DNA of 64,000 nucleotides from Nannocystales bacterium (GCA_050633305.1 JBOEGF010000014.1:128001-192000); one strand, 5' to 3'. Shown: positions 37,345 to 46,193, counted from the stretch's first letter. A program made the numbers and translations. The notes: generated from the sequence alone by a model not told the origin.

Positions 37345-38604
37345 CTACTGCAACACGGGCAGCTTCTTGGTCGAAAGCGTCGGCGTGAAGTCTTCTTCTT
37401 TCCAGTCTTCGATATCGAGCTCGAAGCAGCCGAAGTCGTACGGGTCGCCTGGTGCCTTGTGCTTGTGGCGCAGGATCTCCCGCTTGCCCTGCTTCTTGAG
37501 CTCGTTGGCCCGGTGCCAGCAGTGGGGGTTGTTGCCGCGGCGACCCAAGGTGGAGTGGGTAGTGAACGAACAGCCCGCGCGGCAGACATCGGCGTAGTAG
37601 CAGCTCTTGCAGAACCCCCACAGCTCGCTGGTGCCGCGGTCACGCGTGAATGCGACCTCCGGCGTGTTGTGCCAGATGTCCTCGAGTGACAGGTCGCGGA
37701 CGTTGCCCCCGATGTACGGGGCGGTGGGGAGTGAGGGACAGCCCTTGATCTTGCCGTCGGACTCGATGCCCATGACGTACTTGCCGGCTTGGCATCCCTG
37801 CCAGTATCGCTCTTGCTCGGGTCGCGAGCGGAGCAGCTGCTCGTGTGGGCCGTAGTAGCCGAGGTTGTTGCCGATACCGATGCGGAACGCCTGCCGCAGC
37901 GGGATGTTTTTCTCGTGGGCGTCCTTGAGGACTTCCTCTTGGACCTCGGCCAGCGTGTCGAGGACCTCGAGCATCTGGTACGGCTGCAGGATCCACTCGG
38001 GACGGTCTGCGGCGGCACCCATCGGTGCTGTCATCTGGGCCCGCCAGATCAGCACGCCCGCATCGCGCATCATCATCGCGGTCTCCCGCAGCACGTGCAT
38101 GTTGAGCCGGTTCACCTGGCTGTTGGTGGTGACGATCATGCCTTCGGCGCGCGCGTTGGCGATCGCGCGCATGGCCGACTCGTGGCTGCCCGGCGCATTG
38201 CGCAGGACGTCGTGGATCTCTGCGGGGCCGTCGACCGAGACGCCGATCGCGGATAGCCCAGCTTCCTTGAGCTTGCGGCACTTGGTCGGGGTGAGTCCGC
38301 GACCACCGGTTTGCATGGTGACGCGAACGCCTCCCTTGGCGAGGTGGGCGATCAGCTCGTAGCAGTCGCTGCGCAGGTACGCCTCGCCGCCGATCAGTGT
38401 CACTTCCCGCGTCCCCAATCGGACGAGCGCATCTGCCACCTCGAGCATCTCCGCGGTGCTCAGCTCGTCGTCTCGGACGGATGGACCAGCCCTGGAGCCA
38501 CAGTGGGAACACGCGTGGTCGCAACGCAGGGTGATCTCCCAAACGCAATAGACCGGGATGTTCTTGCCAGCGTCAGATTGTCTTAAGCTACGGGCGGTCG
38601 CCAC
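37345..38604 (-). CDS. radical SAM/SPASM peptide/protein maturase, PlpX (splicease)-like
   Basis: VWEITLRCDHACSHCGSRAG (CxxxCxxC), TLIGGEAYLR, GNNLGYYGP, SPASM WQGCQAG...GIESDGKIKGCPSL...LWGFCKSCYYADVCRAGC...NNPHC. Confidence 0.9.
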   Translation of the reverse strand: MATARSLRQSDAGKNIPVYCVWEITLRCDHACSHCGSRAGPSVRDDELSTAEMLEVADALVRLGTREVTLIGGEAYLRSDCYELIAHLAKGGVRVTMQTGGRGLTPTKCRKLKEAGLSAIGVSVDGPAEIHDVLRNAPGSHESAMRAIANARAEGMIVTTNSQVNRLNMHVLRETAMMMRDAGVLIWRAQMTAPMGAAADRPEWILQPYQMLEVLDTLAEVQEEVLKDAHEKNIPLRQAFRIGIGNNLGYYGPHEQLLRSRPEQERYWQGCQAGKYVMGIESDGKIKGCPSLPTAPYIGGNVRDLSLEDIWHNTPEVAFTRDRGTSELWGFCKSCYYADVCRAGCSFTTHSTLGRRGNNPHCWHRANELKKQGKREILRHKHKAPGDPYDFGCFELDIEDWKEEDFTPTLSTKKLPVLQ

Positions 38605-38611
38605 GGCTCCG

Positions 38612-38620
38612 AGCGTAGCA
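38612..38620 (-). promoter_or_regulatory. extended -10 (TGCTACGCT) 7 nt before the GTG of the radical SAM gene; probable leaderless promoter
   Basis: Minus strand reads aacga-TGC-TACGCT-cggagcc-GTG. Confidence 0.55.
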
Positions 38621-39102
38621 TCGTTGCGTGGCGCATCCCGGCGCCACGGGGCCCGCGTGCGGTCTGGCGATGAGCGGTGGGACGTTGGTCCGTTGTGACA
38701 GTGGTATTGGCCGAGGGTTGTCGGTGGGGTCGTACGCGTTGCGGGTGCACGTTTGCAACGGGCTCGAGTTCGGGAGCCGGTGGAAGCCGTCGTTCAGACG
38801 CGACTCGGAGACGAGACGCTTCGCCGAGTCACGTCGAGGGCGGACTCGGGACGCCCGGCTTGGCCCGGCCCACGGGCTGAGGACCGCGCTGGTTGGGGAA
38901 GTCCAAGAGTGTCTCCACCGACGTGACACGGACGGGCGGGACCCAGGACCGCTCGACCGCCGTGGTCCTGCAGGAGAAGCTTCGGCGGACCACGGTTCGG
39001 GCGCGGCGCAACTCTCGCACTCGCGATGGTTGCTCGAAGGAAAAACGCCCGGATTCCCGCGCTCTCGGATCCTTCGGTTGCGACTGGCCGTGCATTGGCC
39101 TA

Positions 39103-39130
39103 AAACCGAATGCGGGTTCGGATTCGGTTT
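39103..39130. promoter_or_regulatory. candidate TetR operator
   Basis: AAACCGAAT-N10-ATTCGGTTT, a perfect 9-bp inverted repeat abutting the TetR ATG at 39131. Confidence 0.65.
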
Positions 39131-39790
39131 ATGGTTAGTGTCGCCCCCAAACTTCGGATACCTCGGCAGGCGCGAAGCCGCGAAACCCTCCGCCGCATTC
39201 TCGACGCGTTCGAGGAGGCGCTCCGAGACAAGACGTTTGAAGAGGTGACGGTGGGCGAGCTTTGCGAGCGGGCGGACTGTTCCGTCGGCACGTTTTACGG
39301 CCGTGTGGAGTCGAAGGATGCCTTGCTGGAACACCTTCGACGTCGGGTGTACGGCGAGGTCGAGGCACGGCTTGGCGAGCTCTTCGACCCGCAGCGCGGC
39401 GCGTCGAACGACCTCGAGTCGGTGATCTCCGAGCAGTTGGAAGTGCTGCTCGACTTCCATCTGCTGCGCCGTGGCGTCATCCGAGCGGTCGTCGTTCAGG
39501 CGCGACGACACCCCGCGTTCGCCGAGCAAACACAGCTGTTCAACGGGGCCGTGCTGCGGCTCGTTCGCGAGTCCTGGCTGCAACATCGCGAAGAGATTAC
39601 AGCCGCAGACCCGGTGTTCGCGGCCGAGCAGGCATCGATCATGATCGCCGGTTACTTTCGCGAAGCCATCGTGTTTCGCGAGTTGTGGCCCACCGAGCGC
39701 CCTTTCGACCGCGGCGCTCTGTACCAACACTGCAAGACCGCAACCATCCGCAGCTTGATGGGCCGCGACCCAAAAGGAGGCAACTCGTGA
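39131..39790 (+). CDS. TetR/AcrR family transcriptional regulator
   Basis: PRQARSRETLRRILDA...VTVGELCERADCSVGTFYGRVESKDALL. Confidence 0.92.
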   Translation: MVSVAPKLRIPRQARSRETLRRILDAFEEALRDKTFEEVTVGELCERADCSVGTFYGRVESKDALLEHLRRRVYGEVEARLGELFDPQRGASNDLESVISEQLEVLLDFHLLRRGVIRAVVVQARRHPAFAEQTQLFNGAVLRLVRESWLQHREEITAADPVFAAEQASIMIAGYFREAIVFRELWPTERPFDRGALYQHCKTATIRSLMGRDPKGGNS

Positions 39791-40242
39791 AGACCACGCA
39801 AGAATGGCTCGACCAGTACGGGGAGAGCCACACCAACCCCACCAACAAGCTGATCCACTGGATCTGCATCCCGGCGATCGTCGTCAGCTTGCTCGGCATT
39901 CTGTCGTCGGTCCCGATGCCGTGGGCGGCGACTCACATCAACCTCGCGACGTTGTTCGTCGTGTTCTCGCTGGGCTTCTACAGCCTGCTCTCGATCCGCC
40001 TCATGCTCGGCATGGCGGTCGTGAGCTCGGCGAGTTACGCCGTCGCGGTCGCGCTGGGAGGCTTGCCGGTTCCGCTGTGGATCACCTCGCTCGCAATCTT
40101 TGCGGTTGCGTGGGTGTTCCAGTTCGTCGGTCACAAAATCGAAGGCAAGAAGCCCTCGTTCTTCGTGGATCTGCAGTTTCTCCTGATCGGTCCACTGTGG
40201 CTGCTGAGCTTTGTGTACCGGAAGCTCGGTATCGCGTACTGA
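39787..40242 (+). CDS. DUF962/Mpo1-like membrane protein (2-hydroxy fatty acid dioxygenase family)
   Basis: YGESHTNPTNKLIHWICIP, QFVGHKIEGKKPSFF.DLQFLLIGP; GTGA overlap with TetR; AAGGAGG RBS. Confidence 0.9.
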   Translation: MKTTQEWLDQYGESHTNPTNKLIHWICIPAIVVSLLGILSSVPMPWAATHINLATLFVVFSLGFYSLLSIRLMLGMAVVSSASYAVAVALGGLPVPLWITSLAIFAVAWVFQFVGHKIEGKKPSFFVDLQFLLIGPLWLLSFVYRKLGIAY

Positions 40243-40256
40243 CGAAGTCGAAGCGC

Positions 40257-42131
40257 TCAGTCACGCAGGGCCACTTCGATCGTCTTCGCCTCGCCTGCTC
40301 GTCGGAAGTCCAGCTTGAGCGTCTTGGCTTGCCGAACCTCGTCGGAGAGCGCAAGGATCAGGTTGTCCACGCTGGCGGTCAGGCTGAGTCCGTTGACCGA
40401 AAGCAGAAGGTCTCCATTCTTCAGGCCGACCAACCGCGGTGCGGTGTCCTGGCGGACTCCGAACAGCTTGAAGCCAATTTGCAGGCCATCCTCCATCGCC
40501 GGGACGATGCGGATCTGCTTCAGCACAGGGGGGGTCTGGCCGTTGATGCCGAAGAAAATGGAGCGGCTCACCGTGCAAGAGCCTGCGTCGCACTCGACGG
40601 CGTTAGGGTCCCACTCTACGGGGACGCACGCGCCGTTTCGCAGCTCGGTCCCGAGGCCACAGCGAAGTGACTGCGCTGTGGTCTCGCGCTCAGCAGCGTA
40701 GCGTGTCTCGGGAACACTGGAGCCGACCGAAATTTCCGCGCATGTCGGCCCGATCACGAAGGGACTTCGGGGGTCTGACGAACCTACGCCGGCCCCAAAG
40801 CTCCCGTCGCCGTTGCGGAGCCAAACCAGGTCGCCGACGGGGAGGAGGATGGAGCGAGCCGCGTTGTCCTCGAGGCGGAACGTCTCGGCATCAAGGCGCG
40901 GTTTCTCGCTGGGTCCCGTCGAGAACTCGACCCAGCCGCCGCACTTGTTGATGACGTTCATCTCGACACTCGCCGTGGGGGGGGCTGTGGGCTTTGGGCT
41001 GTCGCCGTCGCGTTGGACAAACATCGCGAGTCCTCCAACAGTTCCGAGCAGCGCGAGCGAGAACGCGACCAACGTTGCGCGAACCAGCCGAGGCCACGCC
41101 GTGGGTGGGCTCTCCGCTTTGGTCGCAGGGGTGCCGCGAAGGTGCTCCGACAGCACTCGCATCGAGGGAAACCGGTCGTCGGGGGTCGTGGAGAGGCCGC
41201 GTTGAATCACCGCCTGTGCGGCTTCAAGCTCGTGCGTGGCGAGCGTGGGACGCGACTGTGGCCCGAAGAGTGTCGCGTCACCACCGAGGACGGAGGCCGC
41301 AAGCTCGGCCATGGTTTCCCCTGCGAACGGGCGGACGCCCCAGATCGCTTCGTGCAACGCGATGCAGAACGCGAACTGGTCGGCACGGGCATCGACGTGT
41401 GAACCCTCGAACTGCTCGGGAGCCATGTAGCTGGGCGTGCCCGCGAGGATGCCGGTGCGGGTGATCGCCGGCTCGAGGACCTGCACGGACTCCGCAGCGC
41501 CTTCGACCTCCTGAAGGAGCGGGGCTCCGGGACTTCGTGCCATTCCGAAGTCGAGCACGCGAACCCGACCGTCATCCCCAACGATGACATTCTCCGGCTT
41601 GAAGTCACGGTGCACGATCCCCGCGTCGTGGGCGGCCTGAAGTCCCTGCGCGGCCTGTGCAAACGCGTCGAGCAGACTCGGCCCTCGAGGGGCGTCGAGC
41701 CAGGCCTGCAAGGTCCGACCCTGGACGAACTCCATAGCGACGAAGAGCTGTCCATCTTCGGTGCCCACCTCGTGCACGGTGACGACGTTGGGGTGGGAGA
41801 GCTTCGCCAGTGCCTTGGCCTCGATCGTCATACGGGCGCTGTGCATCTCGTCGCTGCGGTGGAGCACTTTCACCGCGACCTCTCGGTCTAGCGAGGGGTC
41901 CTGGGCCCGGTAGACGGTACCCATCGCCCCACTCCCGATCCGCGCGAGCACCTTGTAGCGCCCGATGGTCAGCGTCTCGCCCGGGTCGCCGAACATCTGC
42001 GCACGTAGCTGTGCCCGGCGGAACTTCTCGCTCAGCGGGGGCTTTCCGCCGAAGTGCGTCGCCAGAAGGCCGACTTCGGGTTCGCCCTCGGAGCCGTTGC
42101 CGTTCAAGGTGGGCATGTCTGCGTTCATCAT
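40257..42131 (-). CDS. membrane Ser/Thr kinase with C-terminal GspC-like PDZ domain
   Basis: IGSGAMGTVY, HRDFKPEN, DFGMAR, GTPSYMAPEQ; TM; IRIVP...GFKLFGVR...GLKNGDLLLSVNG. Confidence 0.9.
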   Translation of the reverse strand: MMNADMPTLNGNGSEGEPEVGLLATHFGGKPPLSEKFRRAQLRAQMFGDPGETLTIGRYKVLARIGSGAMGTVYRAQDPSLDREVAVKVLHRSDEMHSARMTIEAKALAKLSHPNVVTVHEVGTEDGQLFVAMEFVQGRTLQAWLDAPRGPSLLDAFAQAAQGLQAAHDAGIVHRDFKPENVIVGDDGRVRVLDFGMARSPGAPLLQEVEGAAESVQVLEPAITRTGILAGTPSYMAPEQFEGSHVDARADQFAFCIALHEAIWGVRPFAGETMAELAASVLGGDATLFGPQSRPTLATHELEAAQAVIQRGLSTTPDDRFPSMRVLSEHLRGTPATKAESPPTAWPRLVRATLVAFSLALLGTVGGLAMFVQRDGDSPKPTAPPTASVEMNVINKCGGWVEFSTGPSEKPRLDAETFRLEDNAARSILLPVGDLVWLRNGDGSFGAGVGSSDPRSPFVIGPTCAEISVGSSVPETRYAAERETTAQSLRCGLGTELRNGACVPVEWDPNAVECDAGSCTVSRSIFFGINGQTPPVLKQIRIVPAMEDGLQIGFKLFGVRQDTAPRLVGLKNGDLLLSVNGLSLTASVDNLILALSDEVRQAKTLKLDFRRAGEAKTIEVALRD

Positions 42132-42207
42132 CGCTTGGGGCCGTCGCGCGGCGCCGCCAAGCAATTGGAAAAAGTTGTACGGCCCCGGAAACGGTACATT
42201 GAGGGCT

Positions 42208-42822
42208 GTGGGCGAGCAGCAGAGCGACCGGGAGCTTCTTGACGCCTGGGCGGGCGGTGAGAAGAACGCGGGCGCGGCGCTGTTCGACCGTCACTTCGGC
42301 GCGCTGTCCCGCTTTTTCCGGAACAAGGCCGGCGACGCGGCCGACGACCTGATTCAGCACAGCTTTCTGGCGTGCCTCGAGGCTCGAGACCGATTCGAGG
42401 GCAAGTCATCCTTCCGAACCTTCCTGTTCGCGATCGCCCGCAATGTCTTGTACGACCACTACCGGGCTCGTCATCGCACGCCGCAACCCCCCGACTTCTC
42501 CGTCAGCAGTCTGGCCGAGCTCGCGCCATCCGCATCGAGCATCATCGCCGCGGCGGGTCGCCAACGGTCGTTGTTGGAGGCGCTTCGGAACGTTCCGTTG
42601 CAGTTCCAGGTGGTGCTGGAGTTGTCGTTTTGGGAACGGATGACGGCGGGCGAGATCGGGGAGATCGTGGGCGCACCGGAGGGCACGGTTCGCACTCGGC
42701 TACGCCGGGCGAAAGAACTGGTCGCGAAGGAGGTCAAGCGGATCGAGAACCTCGGGCTCCCGCTCGAGACCACGATCCACCAGCTCGACGACTGGGCCGC
42801 CGCAGTTCGGGAGGGCCTGTAG
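42208..42822 (+). CDS. ECF RNA polymerase sigma factor
   Basis: DRELLDAW, DDLIQHSF, SSFRTFLFAIARN, EIGEIVGAPEGTVRTRLRRAK. Confidence 0.93.
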   Translation: MGEQQSDRELLDAWAGGEKNAGAALFDRHFGALSRFFRNKAGDAADDLIQHSFLACLEARDRFEGKSSFRTFLFAIARNVLYDHYRARHRTPQPPDFSVSSLAELAPSASSIIAAAGRQRSLLEALRNVPLQFQVVLELSFWERMTAGEIGEIVGAPEGTVRTRLRRAKELVAKEVKRIENLGLPLETTIHQLDDWAAAVREGL

Positions 42823-42825
42823 AAG

Positions 42826-43668
42826 CTACGCTCCGCAGGCGCTGCCGCACTTGCTCGCCGCAAGGTCGGCACAGATGTAGTCGTACTCGGTGTCGCAGCA
42901 GTACGGGTCGAGGTCGCAGACGCAACCCTGGACCTTCGTGTCGTTGCAGCCAGGATCGTTCTGCGGAGCACAGCAGTCGTCGCTGGTGCATGCGTTGCAG
43001 TCACTCTCGGCCAAGTCGACGCAGGTCTCGTTCCAGTCGAGGTCGCAGCAGCCGGAGTCGAGCTCGCAGACACACGCCTCGGTCGCAGCGTGGGCGCAGC
43101 CATCGCCGACGGAGCAGCAGAGGTTGTCGCCGAAGTCGCCAGAGGTGCCGAACCCGGCGGAGTCGAAGCCGGACGAGCCGAACCCGGTGGAGCCGAAGCC
43201 GGAGGAGCCGAACCCGGTGGTGGGCGATGTGCTCACGCCTGTCGTGGGCCCAGAGGTCGAGTCCGAATCGTCGTCCGTTGCATCGGGTTGGCAGGTCGCG
43301 TCGCACCGAGCTTGAGCGATGTCGACGCATGACTCGCTCCAGTCGAATCCGCAGCAGGACGTGTCCATGTCGCAGACACACGCTTGCACCGCGGCCTCGT
43401 CACAACCAGGTCCGTCGTGCGCCGCACAGCAGCCAGAGCCCGTAGGCAGAGCGTCCGTCGTGCCTGGGTTCGAACTCGCGGAGGGGTCGGTCGGATCGGT
43501 CGCGGTTGGAGGGCTGTGACTTGTTGCCCCTCCTGCCAAGGTCGTTGCGGTGCTGCCGCCTTCGGTCGATCCTGGGTCGGTTCCTCCGCTCTCCGATGGC
43601 GAGCCGAAACATGCCAAGGCCAAGGCGAAGGGGGACAGGCCGAGGAGGCGGAGGGAGGACGGACGCAT
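42826..43668 (-). CDS. Cys-rich repeat lipoprotein (three repeats)
   Basis: Lipobox ALAC; three copies of CC....PGC....V.ACVC..D..CC...W...C...A; TGFGS repeats in the linker. Confidence 0.85.
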   Translation of the reverse strand: MRPSSLRLLGLSPFALALACFGSPSESGGTDPGSTEGGSTATTLAGGATSHSPPTATDPTDPSASSNPGTTDALPTGSGCCAAHDGPGCDEAAVQACVCDMDTSCCGFDWSESCVDIAQARCDATCQPDATDDDSDSTSGPTTGVSTSPTTGFGSSGFGSTGFGSSGFDSAGFGTSGDFGDNLCCSVGDGCAHAATEACVCELDSGCCDLDWNETCVDLAESDCNACTSDDCCAPQNDPGCNDTKVQGCVCDLDPYCCDTEYDYICADLAASKCGSACGA

Positions 43669-43773
43669 GCGGTGGCTCTGTGTCGAAGGACGCAGGGACG
43701 ACGAGGGGCGGACCCATCCCTACCATGAGTGCTGGTGGGGGACACCAGGGCTCGGGTCCACCTCCATCACCGC

Positions 43774-44865
43774 TCAGCCTTCGGGGAGAATCTGCTCGCA
43801 GGTCGAGACCACCGCCTCCGCCAGCGCGCTGCCCAGGACACCGGTGAAATCCAGGTCCTTGTCTGCGAGTGAGATCCACGATGCAGCGGGTTTGCTGAAC
43901 CCGGCCATGAAGTCCACCAAGCGAGTGTTGGTGTTTCCCGGTTGGTCGTAACACTCGCCTTGAATCGCGCCCGAGGTGATGATGCAGTCGTCACCACCAC
44001 ACTCGGCTTTCGCATCGCGCACGATGTCGATGAAGTCGGATGTCGGCACGCGTGAGGGCGTCAGGTCCGAGGAGTCGGACACCAAGAACAGGACCAGCAC
44101 TGCGTTCTGGCGCATGAACCCGGCGTTGTACTCGGCGTTGGAAGGGTGGAACGGGTAGGCCGCGCCGGCGACGATGGTCTCGGTGCAGGAGTGCGGTGCG
44201 AACGAGATCGTCTCTTCGAGCGCACCCTCGAACCACGTCTGCAGGTCCGCCGGATCTTCGCTGGTGGAGACCTCGAAGTAGCGTCTGCCCTCCCACTCGA
44301 ACAGACGACCCTGCTGACCGTTTTGGCCGCTGCTGCCCATGTCAGGTGGGAACCATCCGCCGTCGGTGATGGAGGCCTCGCAGCTTGGGCCGCTCCACCC
44401 ACCGGCGTTGCCCGGGTTGTAGAACCCGGTTCCGCGCGTGAGGCCGACGTGGAGGTCCGTACCCGGAGGTAGAGACGAGTTCATCTCTGCGATGAACGTT
44501 GGAAAGGCGTCCGCGATCGCTTGCCGATGCACGCCCATCGAGGCCGAGTTGTCGATGACGAACAACAGGTCGACCGCGTTGCACTGGCAGTCTTCACCGG
44601 ATGCTGCGTCGCATCCCGGGCTCGAAGTTCCGCCTGGGTTGACGTCGAAGTGGAAGGAGCCGGTGGACTCGTCGCTCGTGCTGCCGCTCGTATCGGCACG
44701 CCCCGTCGTACCCGGTGTCTGGCCGGTGGTGACCGGTGCCGATGTCGAGGACGATCCAGCAGAGGCGGCGGTTCCCATGGCGTCATCGCCGTCGTTCGCA
44801 CATGATGTCGAAAGCGCCGCTACGACCCCCAGGAGCCCCACAGTCGCGCTCTTACTCATTCTCAT
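43774..44865 (-). CDS. vWA-domain lipoprotein with S/T linker
   Basis: Lipobox STSC; VDLLFVIDNSASM; FMRQNAVLVLFLVSD; paralogous to 10403-11461 including the C-terminal C...I.P.G. Confidence 0.85.
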   Translation of the reverse strand: MRMSKSATVGLLGVVAALSTSCANDGDDAMGTAASAGSSSTSAPVTTGQTPGTTGRADTSGSTSDESTGSFHFDVNPGGTSSPGCDAASGEDCQCNAVDLLFVIDNSASMGVHRQAIADAFPTFIAEMNSSLPPGTDLHVGLTRGTGFYNPGNAGGWSGPSCEASITDGGWFPPDMGSSGQNGQQGRLFEWEGRRYFEVSTSEDPADLQTWFEGALEETISFAPHSCTETIVAGAAYPFHPSNAEYNAGFMRQNAVLVLFLVSDSSDLTPSRVPTSDFIDIVRDAKAECGGDDCIITSGAIQGECYDQPGNTNTRLVDFMAGFSKPAASWISLADKDLDFTGVLGSALAEAVVSTCEQILPEG

Positions 44866-45101
44866 CGATCGAGATGTACCATCGGGTGTTCGGGCTCGAT
44901 AGGCCGTGCCCGCCCCCAGATGCGCTGTCACACGGGGACAGTTGGGGGATGTCGGCACCATGGAGGGCGACTGTTTTCGCTCCCTATTCCCACGGACATC
45001 GGTCGTGGTCGATGTTGTCCATGAAGATGGGTTCGTCTCCGCGCTTCGGAGGTCGTTGCTCCACGCCGCACCCTGTCGACATCCGTGCTAAACGGCTCGC
45101 C

Positions 45102-46193
45102 GTGGTCGTTCACGTCGAGCCGGTCGAACAGCTGCCCACGGTCAAACTCACGCTGCTCGCGGGGTTCCTTGGCGCCGGAAAAACCACGCTCCTCAACGCC
45201 TTGGTGCGGGCAGAGCACGGGGTTCGTGTTGGGGTCATCGTCAACGACTTCGGCCAGATCAACATCGACGCCGAGCTCGTTGCGAGCACAGACGGCGACA
45301 CCGTCACGCTCGCCAACGGGTGCATCTGCTGCACCATTCGCGACGACCTCCTGCTCACCCTGTTTCGTTTGTTGCATCGCGACGACGCGCCCGAGCACGT
45401 CATCATCGAGTGCAGCGGCGTCTCGGATCCCGCGGCGGTCCTTCGCGGGTTCGAGGAAGCGCGGCTGTACGACATCGTGGACATCGACGCGGTGGTTGTG
45501 GTCGTCGATGCCGAGCAGATGATGACGCTCGAGTTTCGCGATGAGCCACTGGCACTTCATCAGCTGGCGGTGGCAGACCTGGTCGTGTTGAACAAGGTCG
45601 ATCTCGTGGACGACGTGCAGCTCGAAGTCGTCGAGGCCAAGGTCCTCAAGACGGTGCCTGGGGTGCGCGTGCTTCACTCGGTTCGAGGGCAGGTCGAGTT
45701 CGATCTTCTGTTGGGCATCGGGAGGTTCGACCCCTCTCGGCATCTCCCTGATGCCGTGGACGTACATGTCCACGAAACTGGACACTCGGAGACGGACCAC
45801 GAGGACGACCACGGTGACCACGACACGGTCTACGCGACGTGGAGTTTCACCAGCGATCGCCCGCTGCAACCGGACCGAGTCCGAGCGGCGCTCGATGCTC
45901 TTCCTGTCGGTGTCTATCGGGCAAAGGGCATCTTGCATGTGCAAGGGGAGCCCAATCGAAGGGTCGTCGTGCAGGTGGTGGGCCGCCGCATCGAGGTCGA
46001 GTTGGGCGATCACTGGGAGGACGCGCAGAAGCGCTCCCAACTGGTCACGATCGGGCTACGAGACGGTGTCGATCCTGTCGCACTCGAGGCCGCATTTCGC
46101 GCCTGCGAGGTCGAAGAGAAGCCGTCCGGTGTGTCCCTGCTCGCGCAATGGGTGCGCAGCCGATGGCCGAAAAAAAATCGAGAAAAGGTCTGA
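45102..46193 (+). CDS. CobW/COG0523 family GTPase metallochaperone
   Basis: GFLGAGKTT, VNDFG, GCICCT, IECSG, LNKVD, His-rich stretch, YRAKG. Confidence 0.93.
   Translation: MVVHVEPVEQLPTVKLTLLAGFLGAGKTTLLNALVRAEHGVRVGVIVNDFGQINIDAELVASTDGDTVTLANGCICCTIRDDLLLTLFRLLHRDDAPEHVIIECSGVSDPAAVLRGFEEARLYDIVDIDAVVVVVDAEQMMTLEFRDEPLALHQLAVADLVVLNKVDLVDDVQLEVVEAKVLKTVPGVRVLHSVRGQVEFDLLLGIGRFDPSRHLPDAVDVHVHETGHSETDHEDDHGDHDTVYATWSFTSDRPLQPDRVRAALDALPVGVYRAKGILHVQGEPNRRVVVQVVGRRIEVELGDHWEDAQKRSQLVTIGLRDGVDPVALEAAFRACEVEEKPSGVSLLAQWVRSRWPKKNREKV

Noticed and set aside
38768..38800. GGGAGCCGGTGGAAGCCG resembling part of a cobalamin riboswitch, and GGGGAAGTCC (about 38895) resembling RNase P
   Set aside because: The downstream CCCGCxACTGT and B12-box elements, and the rest of the RNase P consensus, are not present.
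38893..39138. 81-aa ORF ending in VYG next to the radical SAM gene, as a possible precursor or PlpY-like partner
   Set aside because: TTG start without an RBS, Arg-rich random-looking sequence, and it runs over the TetR operator and start; the YG is probably coincidental.
45102..46193. CobW as part of a cobalamin cluster or as the zinc chaperone for the Zn-ribbon array
   Set aside because: No cob genes, B12 riboswitch or Zur box are visible, and it is 17 kb from the array with nothing linking them.
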